Part shown: in pieces, positions 10,979-23,909 of the stretch
Layout: every line of letters begins with the position of its first letter
Position numbering within the stretch: position 1 is the first letter of the stretch
Source: Gammaproteobacteria bacterium
GTDB lineage: Bacteria; Pseudomonadota; Gammaproteobacteria; UBA4575
Direction: 5' to 3'
Length of the DNA stretch: 64,000 nucleotides
Assembly: GCA_965243395.1 (NCBI GenBank)
Contig: CBDEUS010000001.1
Location: 512,001 to 576,000, forward strand
The notes under the pieces: model-generated
What the model saw: only the letters and a program-made list of their open reading frames with translations
Told to the model about the DNA's origin: nothing
Databases searched by the model: none
Translations under genes and position numbers: made by a program

Positions 10979-13900
10979 ATGCCTAAGCGAACTGATATAA
11001 AAAGTATATTAATAATAGGTGCCGGACCGATTGTTATTGGTCAGGCTTGTGAGTTCGATTATTCCGGTGCGCAAGCATGTAAAGCGCTAAAAGAAGAGGG
11101 GTATCGCGTCATATTAGTAAATTCGAATCCGGCAACGATAATGACGGATCCTGAAATGGCAGATGCGATTTATATCGAACCTATTATGTGGCAAACGGTT
11201 GCTGAAATAATTCAAAAAGAAAAACCGGATGTATTGTTACCCACCATGGGTGGACAAACTGCATTAAATTGTGCGTTGGATTTAGATCGCGAAGGTGTAC
11301 TCGAAAAATTTAATGTGCAAATGATTGGCGCCAATAAAGAAGCTATTGATATGGCAGAAGATCGCGAGCTGTTTCGTGAAGCGATGAATGAGATTGGACT
11401 GAAGTCTGCACGTTCTGCTTTAGCACATAGTTTAGAAGAAGCGATTCAACAACAACCAAGTTTAGGATTTCCAACCATAATAAGACCATCTTTTACTATG
11501 GGGGGAAGTGGTGGAGGAATTGCGTATAACTTAGAAGAATTTAAGGCCATTGTTGAGCATGGGCTAGATCTCTCGCCGACAACAGAAGTTTTATTGGAAG
11601 AATCTCTATTAGGTTGGAAAGAATTTGAAATGGAAGTAGTGCGCGATAAAAATGATAACTGCATTATTATCTGTTCGATTGAAAATTTTGATCCTATGGG
11701 AGTGCATACCGGTGATTCTATTACCGTTGCACCGGCGCAAACATTAACGGATAAGGAATACCAAATTATGCGTAATGCTTCCTTAGCCGTGTTGCGCAAA
11801 ATCGGTGTAGACACTGGAGGCTCCAATGTGCAGTTTGCAATTAACCCTGATGATGGACGCATGGTGATTATTGAAATGAATCCACGTGTGTCGCGATCAT
11901 CCGCATTGGCATCAAAAGCAACTGGATTTCCTATTGCAAAAATTGCAGCAAAACTAGCTGTAGGTTATACCTTGGATGAATTACAAAATGAAATTACTGG
12001 TGGAGCCACACCAGCATCTTTTGAGCCAACCATTGACTATGTAGTAACAAAAATTCCACGCTTCACTTTTGAGAAATTTCCACAGGCTAAAGCTAAGTTA
12101 AGTACGCAAATGAAATCGGTTGGAGAAGTAATGGCGATTGGCCGCACGTTTCAAGAGTCATTTCAAAAAGCATTACGTGGTTTGGAAGTTGGCGTCGATG
12201 GATTAGATCCCATGTATGACGAATATGATGAAGAGCATCTGAGCCTTTTAGTTACTGAGTTGCAAGAGCCTGGGCCGCATCGTGCATGGTATGTGGCGGA
12301 TGCGATGCGACTGGGTCAAAGTGTTGATGAGCTTTATTCTGCAACAGCGATTGATCCATGGTTTTTAGCCCAGTTGAAGGAACTCATCGATATTGAAAAA
12401 GAGCTTTTGACTAAATCATTAAATGATTTAGAGCTAGAGTTAATGCGAAATATAAAACGTAAAGGATTTTCAGATCGTAGAATCGCAAAACTGGTTAACG
12501 CTAATGAAAAAGAAGTGCGAGCAAAGAGAGCGGATTTAAATATTCATCCTATATATAAGAGAGTGGATACCTGTGCTGCTGAATTTGCTACCAGTACGGC
12601 TTATATGTATTCAAGTTACGACGAAGAATGTGAAGCGCAGCCTTCTGATAAAAAGAAAATCATAGTTCTTGGTGGTGGGCCAAATAGAATTGGTCAGGGA
12701 ATAGAGTTTGATTATTGTTGTGTACATGCAGCTTTTGCAATGCGTGAGGATGGATACGAAACCATTATGGTGAATTGTAATCCTGAAACGGTTTCGACTG
12801 ATTATGACACCTCCGATCGATTGTATTTTGAACCACTTACATTAGAAGATGTTCTAGAGATAGTACACATCGAAAAACCACATGGTGTAATTGTTCAATT
12901 CGGTGGACAAACTCCCTTAAAGCTTGCTCAAGCATTAGAAGAAGCTGGTGTACCCATCATAGGCACTACACCCGATTCCATTGATCTTGCTGAAGATCGT
13001 GAACGTTTTTTGCAATTAGTCAATGACTTGAAATTATTGCAACCACCCAATGCAACGGCTACGAGCACTGAACAGGCCGTACATGCGGCGAATAATATTG
13101 GTTATCCCGTTGTGGTCAGGCCATCTTATGTTTTGGGTGGGCGAGCAATGGAAATTGTTTATAACCAGACAGACTTGGAACGTTATATGCGCGAGGCAGT
13201 AAAAGTTTCGAATGACGCACCTGTTTTAATTGACCATTTTCTTGCTGACGCTGTAGAAGTGGATTTGGATGCTATTTGCGATGGTAAAGATGTTTTGATT
13301 GGCGGCATTATGCAGCATATTGAACAAGCAGGAATTCACTCCGGTGATAGTGCGTGTTCGTTACCGCCATACAACCTAAGTGAAAAAGTGCAAGACGAAA
13401 TGCGTGAGCAGGCACGAAAACTTGCATTATCCTTGCAAGTTAAGGGTTTAATGAACATTCAGTTTGCTATTAAAGATGAAAAAGTTTATCTCATCGAAGT
13501 AAATCCGCGTGCTTCGCGAACAGTGCCTTTTGTTTCAAAGGCTATTGGAATTCCATTGGCAAAAATTGCAGCACGGTGTATGGCCGGACAAAGTCTCAAG
13601 GAGCAGAATGCAACACATGAGATTACGCCAAAATACTTTTCTGTTAAGGAAGCTGTATTTCCATTTATTAAATTCAGTGGAGTGGATCCAATCTTAGGAC
13701 CAGAAATGAAATCCACTGGGGAAGTAATGGGTGTGGGAGATACATTTGGAGAAGCATTTGGTAAATCACAATACGCAGCAGGGGCTACTTTCCCACAATC
13801 AGGTAGTGCGCTAATAAGTGTACGAGAAGATGATAAAGCACAAGCTTCGGAACTAGCTAAGGAGTTAAGTAGCATGGGTTTTAATTTGGTTGCTACAAAA

Positions 13901-14200
13901 GGTACCGCTCAGGTACTTCGCGAAAAAGGTATTACTTGTGATGCCGTTAATAAAGTAAGACAAGGACGGCCTCATATTGTTGATATGATTATCGATGGTA
14001 AGATTGATTTAATTGTAAATACTACTGAAGGTAAACAGGCAATAGCAGATTCGTTTACAATTAGAAGAGAAGCACTACAGCATAAAGTGTGTTACACCAC
14101 TACAATGGCAGGTGCTTGGGCATTAAAGGATGCTATGCAACAGTCTGGACATTATGAAGTTTATCGATTGCAAGATTTGCATAAACAAACCAAGCACTAA
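10979..14200 (+). CDS. carB: Carbamoyl-phosphate synthase large subunit
   Basis: [30 protein letters not shown] start, duplicated ATP-grasp halves, MGS domain. Confidence 0.99.
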   Translation: MPKRTDIKSILIIGAGPIVIGQACEFDYSGAQACKALKEEGYRVILVNSNPATIMTDPEMADAIYIEPIMWQTVAEIIQKEKPDVLLPTMGGQTALNCALDLDREGVLEKFNVQMIGANKEAIDMAEDRELFREAMNEIGLKSARSALAHSLEEAIQQQPSLGFPTIIRPSFTMGGSGGGIAYNLEEFKAIVEHGLDLSPTTEVLLEESLLGWKEFEMEVVRDKNDNCIIICSIENFDPMGVHTGDSITVAPAQTLTDKEYQIMRNASLAVLRKIGVDTGGSNVQFAINPDDGRMVIIEMNPRVSRSSALASKATGFPIAKIAAKLAVGYTLDELQNEITGGATPASFEPTIDYVVTKIPRFTFEKFPQAKAKLSTQMKSVGEVMAIGRTFQESFQKALRGLEVGVDGLDPMYDEYDEEHLSLLVTELQEPGPHRAWYVADAMRLGQSVDELYSATAIDPWFLAQLKELIDIEKELLTKSLNDLELELMRNIKRKGFSDRRIAKLVNANEKEVRAKRADLNIHPIYKRVDTCAAEFATSTAYMYSSYDEECEAQPSDKKKIIVLGGGPNRIGQGIEFDYCCVHAAFAMREDGYETIMVNCNPETVSTDYDTSDRLYFEPLTLEDVLEIVHIEKPHGVIVQFGGQTPLKLAQALEEAGVPIIGTTPDSIDLAEDRERFLQLVNDLKLLQPPNATATSTEQAVHAANNIGYPVVVRPSYVLGGRAMEIVYNQTDLERYMREAVKVSNDAPVLIDHFLADAVEVDLDAICDGKDVLIGGIMQHIEQAGIHSGDSACSLPPYNLSEKVQDEMREQARKLALSLQVKGLMNIQFAIKDEKVYLIEVNPRASRTVPFVSKAIGIPLAKIAARCMAGQSLKEQNATHEITPKYFSVKEAVFPFIKFSGVDPILGPEMKSTGEVMGVGDTFGEAFGKSQYAAGATFPQSGSALISVREDDKAQASELAKELSSMGFNLVATKGTAQVLREKGITCDAVNKVRQGRPHIVDMIIDGKIDLIVNTTEGKQAIADSFTIRREALQHKVCYTTTMAGAWALKDAMQQSGHYEVYRLQDLHKQTKH

Positions 14201-14221
14201 ATTAAATAATTAGATTAAGAT

Positions 14222-14704
14222 ATGAATAGAGTTCCATTAACGATTAACGGTGCAGACAAATTACGCAGCGAATTGGATGAATTAAAAACCGTTAAGCGCC
14301 CAAAAGTTATAGAGGCGATTGCAACAGCACGCGCACATGGTGATTTAAAAGAGAATGCAGAGTACCACGCTGCGCGAGAACAACAGTCTTTTATTGAGGG
14401 AAGAATAAAAGAGATTGAAGGCAAATTATCCAATGCTGAAATTATTGATGTAACAAAACTTAATGCAAATGGAAGAGTTGTATTCGGTACTACTGTTGTA
14501 TTGGCCGAGGAAGAAACGGGTGATGAAGTTACTTATACAATCGTTGGTGAAGATGAAGCAGATATTAAACAAGGGATGATTTCTGTTACTTCTCCCATTG
14601 CACGTGCAATGATTGGTAAAGAAGAAGGTGAAATTGCAGTTGTGGATGCGCCTGCAGGCCAAAAAGAATATGAAATTGTTGAGGTTATTTACGGTACTAA
14701 ATAA
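14222..14704 (+). CDS. greA: Transcription elongation factor GreA
   Basis: [13 protein letters not shown] motif; follows carB. Confidence 0.98.
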   Translation: MNRVPLTINGADKLRSELDELKTVKRPKVIEAIATARAHGDLKENAEYHAAREQQSFIEGRIKEIEGKLSNAEIIDVTKLNANGRVVFGTTVVLAEEETGDEVTYTIVGEDEADIKQGMISVTSPIARAMIGKEEGEIAVVDAPAGQKEYEIVEVIYGTK

Positions 14705-14727
14705 TTTCATGAACTCTGATATTTCAT

Positions 14728-15336
14728 ATGCAGAGTAAATCCTGGAATAAAGAACATGCAGATGATCCTTATGTGCAACGTGCACATAAAGAAGGTTGGC
14801 GCTCACGGGCAGTTTATAAGCTAGAAGAACTCGATCAAAAATATAATCTCATTCAATCCGGAATGAATGTTGTAGATTTAGGAGCTGCACCTGGTGGCTG
14901 GAGTCAGTATGTTGCTCAAAAAGTGGGGAAATCAGGCAAAGTCATTGCAATGGATGTATTAGACATGGATCCAATCAATAACGTCGAATACTTAAAAGGG
15001 GACTTTACCGAGCAAGGTGTATATGAATCTTTACAAGAATTGTTGGGTCTAAAGCCTGTAGACCTTGTTTTATCCGATATGGCCCCCAATATTAGTGGTA
15101 TTACTAGTGTTGATCAGCCTAAAGCCATGCATCTTGCTGAGTTAGCCGCTGATTTTTCGATGCAAGTATTAGCTTCTGACGGCGGTCTGTTAGTGAAACT
15201 GTTTCAAGGTGCTGGATTTGACGATTATGTAAAAATGTTACGCTCAAATTTCAATAAGGTATTGATTCGTAAGCCGGACGCGTCCAGGGCACGTAGTCGT
15301 GAGATGTATGCCCTGGCTACTCAAATTAAGTTATAG
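14728..15336 (+). CDS. rlmE: 23S rRNA Um2552 methyltransferase RlmE (FtsJ)
   Basis: RSRAVYKL, VVDLGAAPGGWSQ, SDMAPN and KP.ASR..S.E.Y motifs; upstream of ftsH. Confidence 0.97.
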   Translation: MQSKSWNKEHADDPYVQRAHKEGWRSRAVYKLEELDQKYNLIQSGMNVVDLGAAPGGWSQYVAQKVGKSGKVIAMDVLDMDPINNVEYLKGDFTEQGVYESLQELLGLKPVDLVLSDMAPNISGITSVDQPKAMHLAELAADFSMQVLASDGGLLVKLFQGAGFDDYVKMLRSNFNKVLIRKPDASRARSREMYALATQIKL

Positions 15337-15386
15337 TAAGGTCGATATAGATTTAAGTGATTGAATTTTAAGTAGAGGTAAATTCT

Positions 15387-17312
15387 TTGAACGACATGGT
15401 TAAAAATTTATTGCTTTGGGCGGTGATTGCAGTTGTCTTAATGACTGTTTTCAACAATTTTGCACCACGCCCAGAGACTCCTAATGAATTAGCTTATTCA
15501 GAGTTTCTTAAAGAAGTTAGATCTAACAATATTCAATCCGTTTTCATCAGTCCGGATAATCGACAGATTACGGGTGTAATGGCAAATGGTGAAAAGTTTG
15601 AAACCAATAATCCTAATGATGACAAACTCATCGACACCTTAGATAAGTACAATGTAAATTTTGAAGCTGGAGAAGCAAAACCGCGTTCACTTTTATTAGA
15701 TATCTTAATCAGTTGGTTCCCCATGCTGCTTTTAATTGGCGTGTGGATTTTCTTCATGCGACAAATGCAAGGTGGAGGATCTGGACGTGGCGCAATGTCA
15801 TTTGGCAAAAGCAAAGCACGTTTAATGGGCGAAGACCAAATTAAAGTAACTTTTAATGATGTTGCAGGTGTTGAAGAAGCAAAAGAAGAAGTTTCAGAAT
15901 TAGTCGAATTTTTACGCGACCCAGGTAAGTTTCAAAAGTTAGGTGGGAAAATCCCACGTGGCGTACTAATGGTGGGATCACCCGGTACTGGTAAAACATT
16001 GCTTGCAAAAGCCATTGCCGGTGAAGCAAAAGTTCCATTCTTTACTATTTCTGGATCTGACTTTGTTGAAATGTTTGTCGGTGTGGGTGCGTCGCGTGTA
16101 CGCGATATGTTTAGTCAGGCTAAAAAACATTCTCCATGCATTATATTCATTGATGAAATTGATGCAGTTGGTCGCCATCGTGGTGCTGGTTTAGGTGGCG
16201 GACATGATGAACGTGAGCAAACTCTAAACCAGTTGCTAGTTGAAATGGATGGTTTTGATGGCAATGAAGGTGTAATAGTCATTGCTGCAACCAACCGACC
16301 CGATGTTTTAGATCCTGCATTATTACGACCTGGTCGATTTGATCGTCAAGTAACTGTGCCATTACCTGATATTCGCGGTCGTGAGCAAATTCTTAAAGTG
16401 CATATGCGTAAAGTACCTGTGGGTAAAGATGTACGTGCAGATTACATTGCTCGAGGAACACCAGGTTTTTCAGGAGCGGATCTCGCGAACTTAGTAAACG
16501 AAGCAGCACTATTTGCGGCGCGGGCGAATAAACGAACTGTGGATATGGAAGAGTTTGAGCGCGCCAAAGATAAAATTCTTATGGGTGCCGAGCGTAAGTC
16601 TATGGTCATGGACGAAGATGAGAAGCGCAATACGGCTTATCATGAATCGGGGCATGCAATTGTTGGGCGTTTAGTTCCTGAACATGATCCCGTATATAAA
16701 GTAACTATTATCCCTCGGGGTCGCGCACTGGGTGTGACAATGTTTTTGCCTGAAGAAGACCGTTACAGTCATAGTAAACAGCGTTTGGAAAGTCAGATTT
16801 CTACTTTATTTGGCGGTCGGCTTGCAGAAGAACTTATTTTTGGAAAAGAAGCGGTAACGACAGGGGCGTCAAATGATATTGAACGTGCGACGGAACTTGC
16901 ACGCGCCATGGTAACTAAGTGGGGGTTATCGGAAAAAATGGGGCCACTTGCTTATGGTGAAGAAGACGGTGAAGTGTTCCTAGGACATTCAGTGACACAG
17001 CATAAATCTGTTTCTGACGATACAGCGAATTCTATTGACCTAGAAGTTCGACGCATTATCGATGACAACTATGAACGTGCAAAGACCTTGTTAGTTGAAA
17101 ACATGGATAAGTTGCACGTCATGGCAAAAGCATTAATGAAATATGAAACCATCGATAAGAAACAAATTGATGACATCATGGAAGGCAAAGAACCACGCCC
17201 TCCTGAAGGTTGGATGGATGATGACGGGCCTACATCCGGTACTACAGAAAGTAATACTAAAGATGAGCCAAAGGATACGGGCCCAATAGGTGGTCCGGCA
17301 AGTGAGCATTAA
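15387..17312 (+). CDS. ftsH: ATP-dependent zinc metalloprotease FtsH
   Basis: Two TM helices, Walker [12 protein letters not shown] motif, HESGH zinc motif. Confidence 0.99.
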   Translation: MNDMVKNLLLWAVIAVVLMTVFNNFAPRPETPNELAYSEFLKEVRSNNIQSVFISPDNRQITGVMANGEKFETNNPNDDKLIDTLDKYNVNFEAGEAKPRSLLLDILISWFPMLLLIGVWIFFMRQMQGGGSGRGAMSFGKSKARLMGEDQIKVTFNDVAGVEEAKEEVSELVEFLRDPGKFQKLGGKIPRGVLMVGSPGTGKTLLAKAIAGEAKVPFFTISGSDFVEMFVGVGASRVRDMFSQAKKHSPCIIFIDEIDAVGRHRGAGLGGGHDEREQTLNQLLVEMDGFDGNEGVIVIAATNRPDVLDPALLRPGRFDRQVTVPLPDIRGREQILKVHMRKVPVGKDVRADYIARGTPGFSGADLANLVNEAALFAARANKRTVDMEEFERAKDKILMGAERKSMVMDEDEKRNTAYHESGHAIVGRLVPEHDPVYKVTIIPRGRALGVTMFLPEEDRYSHSKQRLESQISTLFGGRLAEELIFGKEAVTTGASNDIERATELARAMVTKWGLSEKMGPLAYGEEDGEVFLGHSVTQHKSVSDDTANSIDLEVRRIIDDNYERAKTLLVENMDKLHVMAKALMKYETIDKKQIDDIMEGKEPRPPEGWMDDDGPTSGTTESNTKDEPKDTGPIGGPASEH

Positions 17313-17342
17313 TTAAAGCTTTTTTGTACATAAATACACGTT

Positions 17343-17379
17343 AAAGCGACCCAAAGTTGGTCTTTGAGGTCGCTTTTTT
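17343..17379 (+). terminator. Intrinsic terminator after ftsH
   Basis: AAAGCGACC-CAAAG ... CTTTG-A-GGTCGCTTTTTT. Confidence 0.85.
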
Positions 17380-17500
17380 ATTGGTTTTCTTATACCTATC
17401 ATATAAAAAGTACTTTCTTATCGTATAACTGAGCAATCAGCGTACTTTTCTTTCCAAATTCTATAAAATTCATTATCGAATAGTATTTTTACAAAGATTT

Positions 17501-18835
17501 ATGAGTCGAAAATACTTTGGAACAGACGGAATACGCGGTCGTGTAGGTGATGGTGTAATGACACCGGAGTTCGTATTGAAACTTGGCTGGGCTGTAGGCC
17601 GAGTTTTATGCAATAAGAAAAACGACATTGTTTTAATCGGTAAAGACACTCGTATTTCTGGCTATATGTTTGAGTCAGTTTTAGAAGCAGGTCTTTCAGC
17701 AGCCGGCGTCAATGCCCGCTTATTAGGACCCATGCCAACACCTGCAGTGGCATACTTAACAAGAACTCTACGAGCAGCCGCAGGTATTGTTATAAGTGCT
17801 TCTCATAATCCTTTTTATGATAACGGTTTGAAGTTTTTTTCTTCAGAAGGAAAAAAACTTCAAGACTCAGTTGAGTTACAAATAGAAGCTCAACTTGAAA
17901 AATCTTTAGAAGTAGTTGCATCTAACGAGCTTGGCAAAGTGGAGCGCATAAATGATGCTGCTGGTCGATACATAGAATTTTGTAAAAGTACTATTCCAAC
18001 AAAAATCAAACTTAACGGCTTAAAACTCGTTGTCGATTGTGCGCATGGTGCGACTTACCATATCGCGCCAAATGTATTTACTGAATTAGGGGCTGAGGTT
18101 ATCAGTCTTTCCTCAAAACCTGATGGTTTAAATATTAATGAAAATTGTGGTGCAACCAATCCAAAAGCGCTTTGTAAATCAGTAATTGAACATCACGCGG
18201 ATTTGGGAATTGCGATTGATGGGGATGGTGATCGTCTTATTATGGTGGATGGTACGGGGACCATTGTGGATGGAGACGAACTCTTATATATCATCGCTCA
18301 GGCTCGCAAGAGTCAAAATCTTTTGCAGGGTGGCGTAGTTGGCACACTAATGAGTAACTTAGGCTTAGAGCATGCGTTGCGTGAAAAAGATATTGAGTTT
18401 GGCCGAGCCGCAGTTGGAGATCGTTATGTGATGGAAATGCTTAATGAACGCTCATGGATTTTAGGTGGTGAATCTTCAGGACATATTATTTGTTTAGATC
18501 AAACTACAACCGGTGATGCAATTGTTTCAGCATTGCAGGTTCTGCAAGTATTAGTTAATCAACAAGTAAGTTTGCAAGATGCTAAGTCGGGTATGAGCAA
18601 ATATCCTCAGACCTTAATAAATGTACCTGTTCAAGCCGAAATAGACTTAGAGAATACACCTCAAATTCAGCAAGCAGTAAAAGATGCGGAATCGGATCTT
18701 GCTGACACAGGAAGAGTGCTCTTACGACCTTCTGGGACCGAACCTTTAGTAAGGGTCATGGTAGAAGGTATGGATGCACCGAAAGTACAGCAATTGGCAC
18801 AGCAAATCGCGGATAGTGTGGCCACCGCCTGCTGA
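17501..18835 (+). CDS. glmM: Phosphoglucosamine mutase
   Basis: [31 protein letters not shown] and RPSGTEP motifs. Confidence 0.98.
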   Translation: MSRKYFGTDGIRGRVGDGVMTPEFVLKLGWAVGRVLCNKKNDIVLIGKDTRISGYMFESVLEAGLSAAGVNARLLGPMPTPAVAYLTRTLRAAAGIVISASHNPFYDNGLKFFSSEGKKLQDSVELQIEAQLEKSLEVVASNELGKVERINDAAGRYIEFCKSTIPTKIKLNGLKLVVDCAHGATYHIAPNVFTELGAEVISLSSKPDGLNINENCGATNPKALCKSVIEHHADLGIAIDGDGDRLIMVDGTGTIVDGDELLYIIAQARKSQNLLQGGVVGTLMSNLGLEHALREKDIEFGRAAVGDRYVMEMLNERSWILGGESSGHIICLDQTTTGDAIVSALQVLQVLVNQQVSLQDAKSGMSKYPQTLINVPVQAEIDLENTPQIQQAVKDAESDLADTGRVLLRPSGTEPLVRVMVEGMDAPKVQQLAQQIADSVATAC

Positions 18836-18916
18836 TTGATACCCAATATAGAATTTGCCTAAAGCTGCGGTCATCGGTAAGCTGCGCGCCTTTGCTAATT
18901 TACTATTAACTCAAAT

Positions 18917-19669
18917 ATGCGACGACCACTGGTAGCGGGAAACTGGAAATTAAATGGTTCTTTGAGCAGCATTTCTGAGCTGATCTCGGGGATTCGTGAA
19001 AGGCAAGAGCAAGTCAAAAATGCGGAACTTGCGGTGTGCCCGCCATTTGTTTATTTATCTTACGTCCAGAGTTTGTTGCAAGGAAGTGATATCTCTTTGG
19101 GTGCGCAGGATTGTTCTGACCAAGAAAGCGGAGCATACACTGGAGAAGTCGCAGCAGAAATGATCAAAGAGTTCGGTTGCACATATAACATTATTGGTCA
19201 TTCAGAACGTCGGCATATTTACGGAGATAGCAATGAAACCGTTGCTACAAAATTTGCACATGTAATTAAAAATGAATTAACCCCTATTCTGTGTGTGGGT
19301 GAAACATTGCAGGATAGAGAGGAAGGCCATACAGAAGTTGTTATCGCAAAACAAATTAACGCAGTGCTTGATTTATTTGGAGTTAAAGCTTTTGCAAAAG
19401 CAATAATCGCATACGAACCAGTGTGGGCAATTGGCACAGGTAAAACAGCTACGCCTGAACAAGCACAAGAAGTGCATGAAGAGATTCGTTTGATCATTGG
19501 TGCACAAAATAAAGATATTGCAGCGAATATTCGAATTCTTTATGGTGGTAGCATGAAACCGGAAAATGCAAAACAATTACTTGACCAGCCAGACATCGAT
19601 GGTGGTTTAATTGGGGGCGCTGCTTTGAAAGCGGAAGACTTTATAGGGATTGCAAAAGCTGCAAACTAA
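18917..19669 (+). CDS. tpiA: Triosephosphate isomerase
   Basis: AGNWK, GHSERR, AYEPVWAIGTG and YGGS motifs. Confidence 0.99.
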   Translation: MRRPLVAGNWKLNGSLSSISELISGIRERQEQVKNAELAVCPPFVYLSYVQSLLQGSDISLGAQDCSDQESGAYTGEVAAEMIKEFGCTYNIIGHSERRHIYGDSNETVATKFAHVIKNELTPILCVGETLQDREEGHTEVVIAKQINAVLDLFGVKAFAKAIIAYEPVWAIGTGKTATPEQAQEVHEEIRLIIGAQNKDIAANIRILYGGSMKPENAKQLLDQPDIDGGLIGGAALKAEDFIGIAKAAN

Positions 19670-19716
19670 CTCGAAAAAATTTATCTACAAATTCATTTTT
19701 TAATATAAGAAGTACA

Positions 19717-20166
19717 ATGTTATATAGCATTTTAGTAGCCATAGATGTATTACTTGCAATTGCCATAATTGTCTTGGTGCTTATTCAGCATGGTAAAGGT
19801 GCTGATGCTGGGGCTGCATTTGGCAGTGGTGCATCGGGTACGGTATTTGGTGCACAAGGTTCTGCATCATTTTTAACTAAAGTTACAACGGTATTAGCAG
19901 TGCTGTTTTTTATTAATAGTTTATGGCTTGCCCACCTCGCCAGTAACCGCCCTGTTGCTGAAAGTGTTATTGATGCAATAGAAGAAACTGCAACAGAAGC
20001 TCCTGTTACAGATCTACCGACAAGTGATGTACCTGATGTTGATGCAACAACTGATGACTCTGACACTGAAGGCTCAATGAGCGAACTTCAGGAAGGCGCA
20101 GAATCTGTGAAAGAAGAAATGGAAAGTACTATTAATGATGAAACGCCAGATGACGTCCCAGAGTAA
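19717..20166 (+). CDS. secG: Preprotein translocase subunit SecG
   Basis: LIQHGKGADAGAAFGSGASGTVFG motif between two TMs; acidic tail; tpiA-secG-tRNA-Leu synteny. Confidence 0.97.
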   Translation: MLYSILVAIDVLLAIAIIVLVLIQHGKGADAGAAFGSGASGTVFGAQGSASFLTKVTTVLAVLFFINSLWLAHLASNRPVAESVIDAIEETATEAPVTDLPTSDVPDVDATTDDSDTEGSMSELQEGAESVKEEMESTINDETPDDVPE

Positions 20167-20228
20167 AAGAGCAAGTTAGAAATTGATTAAGTGGTAATGA
20201 AAATTTTATTGTATTAGTTAATGGTCTA

Positions 20229-20324
20229 CTAAAATACAAATGCCATTACCAATGCAATAAGAACAATTACAACACCTACAATTATCGCAGTCATGTCGAA
20301 TTTTTTATATTCTTCTTGATCCAT
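20229..20324 (-). CDS. Putative 31-aa single-pass membrane protein
   Basis: MDQEEYKKFDMTAIIVGVVIVLIALVMAFVF, preceded by an AAGGA RBS-like sequence on the minus strand; below the ORF track cutoff. Confidence 0.5.
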   Translation of the reverse strand: MDQEEYKKFDMTAIIVGVVIVLIALVMAFVF

Positions 20325-20553
20325 ATTTCTTTTCCTTAAACTCTGGTAATCGATTTACTTGGCTGAATAGCTTGTTTAGCCGTTTATGATCCCATGAACT
20401 ATTAATATTGTCTATACTGACAATTAATGAATTTAAACCTATTTCTCATATGGATTGACGCGTTCAATCTATACAAAATTACCTCATCTTATAGCTGTAT
20501 CAATGAAAAAAGACCGCTGCCTGAATACCTTAGGATAAAATAATGAATCTGAA

Positions 20554-20640
20554 GCCGATGTGGCGGAATTGGTAGACGCGCTAGCTTGAGGGGCTAGTGA
20601 GGGCAACCTCGTGCCGGTTCGAGTCCGGCCATCGGCACCA
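20554..20640 (+). tRNA. tRNA-Leu (GAG)
   Basis: Acceptor stem GCCGATG/CATCGGC, anticodon arm CTAGC-TTGAGGG-GCTAG, long variable arm, GGTTCGAGTCC T-arm, encoded CCA. Confidence 0.98.
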
Positions 20641-20990
20641 GTGCTAGCACTAGGTATTGTGCGGTGTTCAGGACTAGGGTTTTAGATGTACTAAGCATGG
20701 GCAGATAGGTCTCATGAAAGCTGTGTAAGTGTAGCGGGTACAACGGATGAGACCTGGTATTACTTAAAAACCATGGCCGAGAGTTGTAAGTAGATGTCAA
20801 AATGTTGTTGCTGGTTAAACTTTAACAGCTGGCTGGTTAAATATTCATCAATCCTAGCGTCAATAATCCAGCATAAGATCTTGTAGGCACATAACTAGTA
20901 CAATGACCGCCTTCTATTAAGGCATGGATTAAGATACGGACAAATTTGTAAAAGCCTGGAAAAAATTTCAGGGAACTAGAGAATCTCAAA

Positions 20991-21347
20991 GTGATTGAAA
21001 ATTATCTCCCAGTTTTAATTTTTATTGGTATTGCCTCGATCATGGGCCTCATACCTTTGTTACTTGGTTTAAAACTTGGTCCCAGAAAAGCAGATGCTGC
21101 CAAGGATTCACCTTATGAATGTGGTTTTGAAGCTTTTGAAGATGCACGAATGCAGTTTGATGTGCGTTATTACTTGGTTGCGATTCTATTTATTATTTTT
21201 GATTTAGAAATTGCTTTTTTATTTCCCTGGGCTGTTGCTATTCGTGAAGTAGGCTTAATTGGTTTTATTTCAATGGCTATATTTTTAATACTTTTAACAA
21301 TTGGCTTTATATATGAATGGAAAAAGGGTGCACTAGATTGGGACTAA
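20991..21347 (+). CDS. nuoA: NADH-quinone oxidoreductase subunit A
   Basis: [18 protein letters not shown] and [10 protein letters not shown] motifs. Confidence 0.98.
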   Translation: MIENYLPVLIFIGIASIMGLIPLLLGLKLGPRKADAAKDSPYECGFEAFEDARMQFDVRYYLVAILFIIFDLEIAFLFPWAVAIREVGLIGFISMAIFLILLTIGFIYEWKKGALDWD

Positions 21348-21374
21348 TCCTGATTGAGACATATTAAATATTAA

Positions 21375-21905
21375 ATGACCAATTCAAACTTATTACGAAA
21401 TACTACTATGAACCCCCTAGAGAAGAGTTTTTACGATCAAGGTTTTAATGAACAAGGCTACGCGACTACAAAGCTTGATGATCTAATGAACTGGGCTCGA
21501 ACAGGGTCTATGTGGCCCATGACATTTGGTTTAGCATGTTGCGCGGTTGAAATGATGCATGCGGGTGCTGCACGTTACGACCTTGATCGCTTTGGTGTGA
21601 TGTTTCGACCGAGCCCCCGACAATCAGATGTAATGATTGTTGCAGGAACATTAGTGAACAAAATGGCTCCTGCATTAAGAAAAGTTTACGATCAAATGGC
21701 TGATCCAAAATGGGTAATTTCTATGGGGTCATGTGCGAATGGGGGTGGTTACTATCACTACTCATATTCTGTAGTAAGGGGATGTGACCGTATTATACCG
21801 GTTGATGTTTACGTGCCGGGATGTCCGCCAACAGCAGAAGCATTGTTGTATGGAATTTTGCAGTTGCAAAATAAAATACGTCGCACAAATACTATAAAAA
21901 GATAA
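21375..21905 (+). CDS. nuoB: NADH-quinone oxidoreductase subunit B
   Basis: [16 protein letters not shown] and PGCPP N2 ligands. Confidence 0.98.
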   Translation: MTNSNLLRNTTMNPLEKSFYDQGFNEQGYATTKLDDLMNWARTGSMWPMTFGLACCAVEMMHAGAARYDLDRFGVMFRPSPRQSDVMIVAGTLVNKMAPALRKVYDQMADPKWVISMGSCANGGGYYHYSYSVVRGCDRIIPVDVYVPGCPPTAEALLYGILQLQNKIRRTNTIKR

Positions 21906-21916
21906 GTGCATCTAAT

Positions 21917-22663
21917 ATGCAGAACGATCTCCATCATCTTGGTTCTGAGTTAAAACGTGTTTTCACAGTTTCATTACGATCTGTCGAGATTCAACATAAC
22001 GAAATTACAGTTGCGGTTAAAGCAAATGAATTAATCCAAATTCTTGAACAATTGAAATCTAATGAGATATTTAAATTTGATCAGTTGATCGACTTAGCAG
22101 GAATCGATTATTTAGAGTTTGGCACAGATGAATGGAATACTGATACTGCGACATCATCAGGATTTAGCCGCGGTGTTGAAAAAACTTCTTTTGGTCGATT
22201 TACGTTTGATGATGCTAAGCAAAATACAAAAATGGATGGACCACGTTATGCAGTGGTCTATCATTTATTATCAGTAGCAAATAATCTACGTTTACGCGTC
22301 AAAGTATTTTGTGAAGATGATCATCTTCCAATTTTACCTTCGGTAACACACATCTGGGCCTGTGCAGACTGGTATGAACGCGAAGCGTTTGATTTGTTTG
22401 GAATAGTGTTTGAAGGTCATCCAGATTTGCGTCGCATTCTTACTGACTACGGTTTTACCGGGCATCCTTTCCGTAAAGATTTCCCACTGATCGGTCATGT
22501 AGAAGTTCGTTATGACCCTGATCAAAAACGTGTGATATATCAACCTGTTTCAATTGAACCAAGAATTAATGTGCCGAAAGTGATCCGTGAGGATCATCGA
22601 TTCGAAGATGGTGTTAATGATCAATCAGATGGAGCATCAAAAAAGGAATCTGCTGATGTCTGA
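21917..22663 (+). CDS. nuoC: NADH-quinone oxidoreductase subunit C
   Basis: [36 protein letters not shown] motif. Confidence 0.97.
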   Translation: MQNDLHHLGSELKRVFTVSLRSVEIQHNEITVAVKANELIQILEQLKSNEIFKFDQLIDLAGIDYLEFGTDEWNTDTATSSGFSRGVEKTSFGRFTFDDAKQNTKMDGPRYAVVYHLLSVANNLRLRVKVFCEDDHLPILPSVTHIWACADWYEREAFDLFGIVFEGHPDLRRILTDYGFTGHPFRKDFPLIGHVEVRYDPDQKRVIYQPVSIEPRINVPKVIREDHRFEDGVNDQSDGASKKESADV

Positions 22664-23909
22664 GTTGCGAAACTACACGATGAACTTCGGACCGCAGCAT
22701 CCTGCAGCGCATGGTGTTTTGCGTCTGGTGTTGGAAATGGAGGGTGAAGTCATTCAACGCGCGGATCCACATATCGGTTTATTGCATCGTGCAACGGAAA
22801 AACTTGCAGAAAGTAAACCCTATAACCAAAGCATAGGGTATATGGATAGACTTGATTATGTTTCGATGATGTCTAATGAACATGCATATGTGCTTGCAAT
22901 TGAAAAACTTGCTGGCATTGAAGTGCCGGTTCGTGCGCAATATATACGTGTAATGTTTGATGAGATCACTCGCATACTTAACCATTTGCTCTGGATAGGA
23001 GCTCATGGTTTAGATATTGGAGCTATGACAATCTTTTTATATGCTTTCAGGGAACGTGAAGATTTAATGGATTGTTATGAAGCTGTCTCCGGTGCGCGTT
23101 TACACGCAACGTATTATCGACCTGGTGGCGTATATCGTGACTTACCAAACGAAATGCCAAAGTACGTTGAGTCACGTTGGCATAATAAAAAAGAAGTTAA
23201 AAAATTAAATTCGGCACGCACGGGTTCCTTATTAGATTTTCTTGAAGATTTCACTCAGCGATTTCCAGGGTGTGTTGATGAATATGAAACTTTATTAACT
23301 GATAACCGCATATGGAAGCAACGCACAGTCGATATTGGAATTGTTAGCCCAGAACGCGCATTGCAGCTTGGTTTTACAGGCCCAATGTTACGAGGTTCTG
23401 GTATCGAATGGGATTTGCGCCGCAAACAACCTTATGAAACCTATGATCAACTAGATTTTAAAATTCCAATCGGTGTGAATGGTGATTGTTACGATCGTTA
23501 CTTAGTACGTATTGAAGAAATGCGTCAATCAAATGAAATTATTAAGCAATGTATAACATGGCTGCGCACACACCCGGGACCAGTAATGGTTGAAAACCAT
23601 AAATTTTCACCCCCTTCGCGTGGTGAAATGAAAATGGGTATGGAAGAACTTATTCATCATTTTAAATTATTTACTGAAGGCTATTGTTTGCCTGAAGGTG
23701 AAGTTTATGCAGCAATTGAACATCCAAAAGGTGAATTTGGTATTTACTTAGTTTCTGATGGCGCGAATAAACCTTATCGTATGAAAATTCGTGCTCCGGG
23801 TTTTGCGCACCTTGCATCATTAGATGAAATGTCGCGTGGTCATATGCTGGCTGATGTAGTGGCAATCATAGGTACACAAGACATTGTATTTGGAGAAATT
23901 GATCGATGA
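22656..23909 (+). CDS. nuoD: NADH-quinone oxidoreductase subunit D
   Basis: [20 protein letters not shown] and the [10 protein letters not shown]-terminus; ATG 22656 after AAGGA is the likely start (ORF track 22587). Confidence 0.98.
   Translation: MSELRNYTMNFGPQHPAAHGVLRLVLEMEGEVIQRADPHIGLLHRATEKLAESKPYNQSIGYMDRLDYVSMMSNEHAYVLAIEKLAGIEVPVRAQYIRVMFDEITRILNHLLWIGAHGLDIGAMTIFLYAFREREDLMDCYEAVSGARLHATYYRPGGVYRDLPNEMPKYVESRWHNKKEVKKLNSARTGSLLDFLEDFTQRFPGCVDEYETLLTDNRIWKQRTVDIGIVSPERALQLGFTGPMLRGSGIEWDLRRKQPYETYDQLDFKIPIGVNGDCYDRYLVRIEEMRQSNEIIKQCITWLRTHPGPVMVENHKFSPPSRGEMKMGMEELIHHFKLFTEGYCLPEGEVYAAIEHPKGEFGIYLVSDGANKPYRMKIRAPGFAHLASLDEMSRGHMLADVVAIIGTQDIVFGEIDR

Noticed and set aside
20594-20800. 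68-aa minus-strand ORF overlapping tRNA-Leu (likewise 35559-35765 over tRNA-fMet)
   Set aside because: Spurious translations through tRNA genes with no protein-like features.
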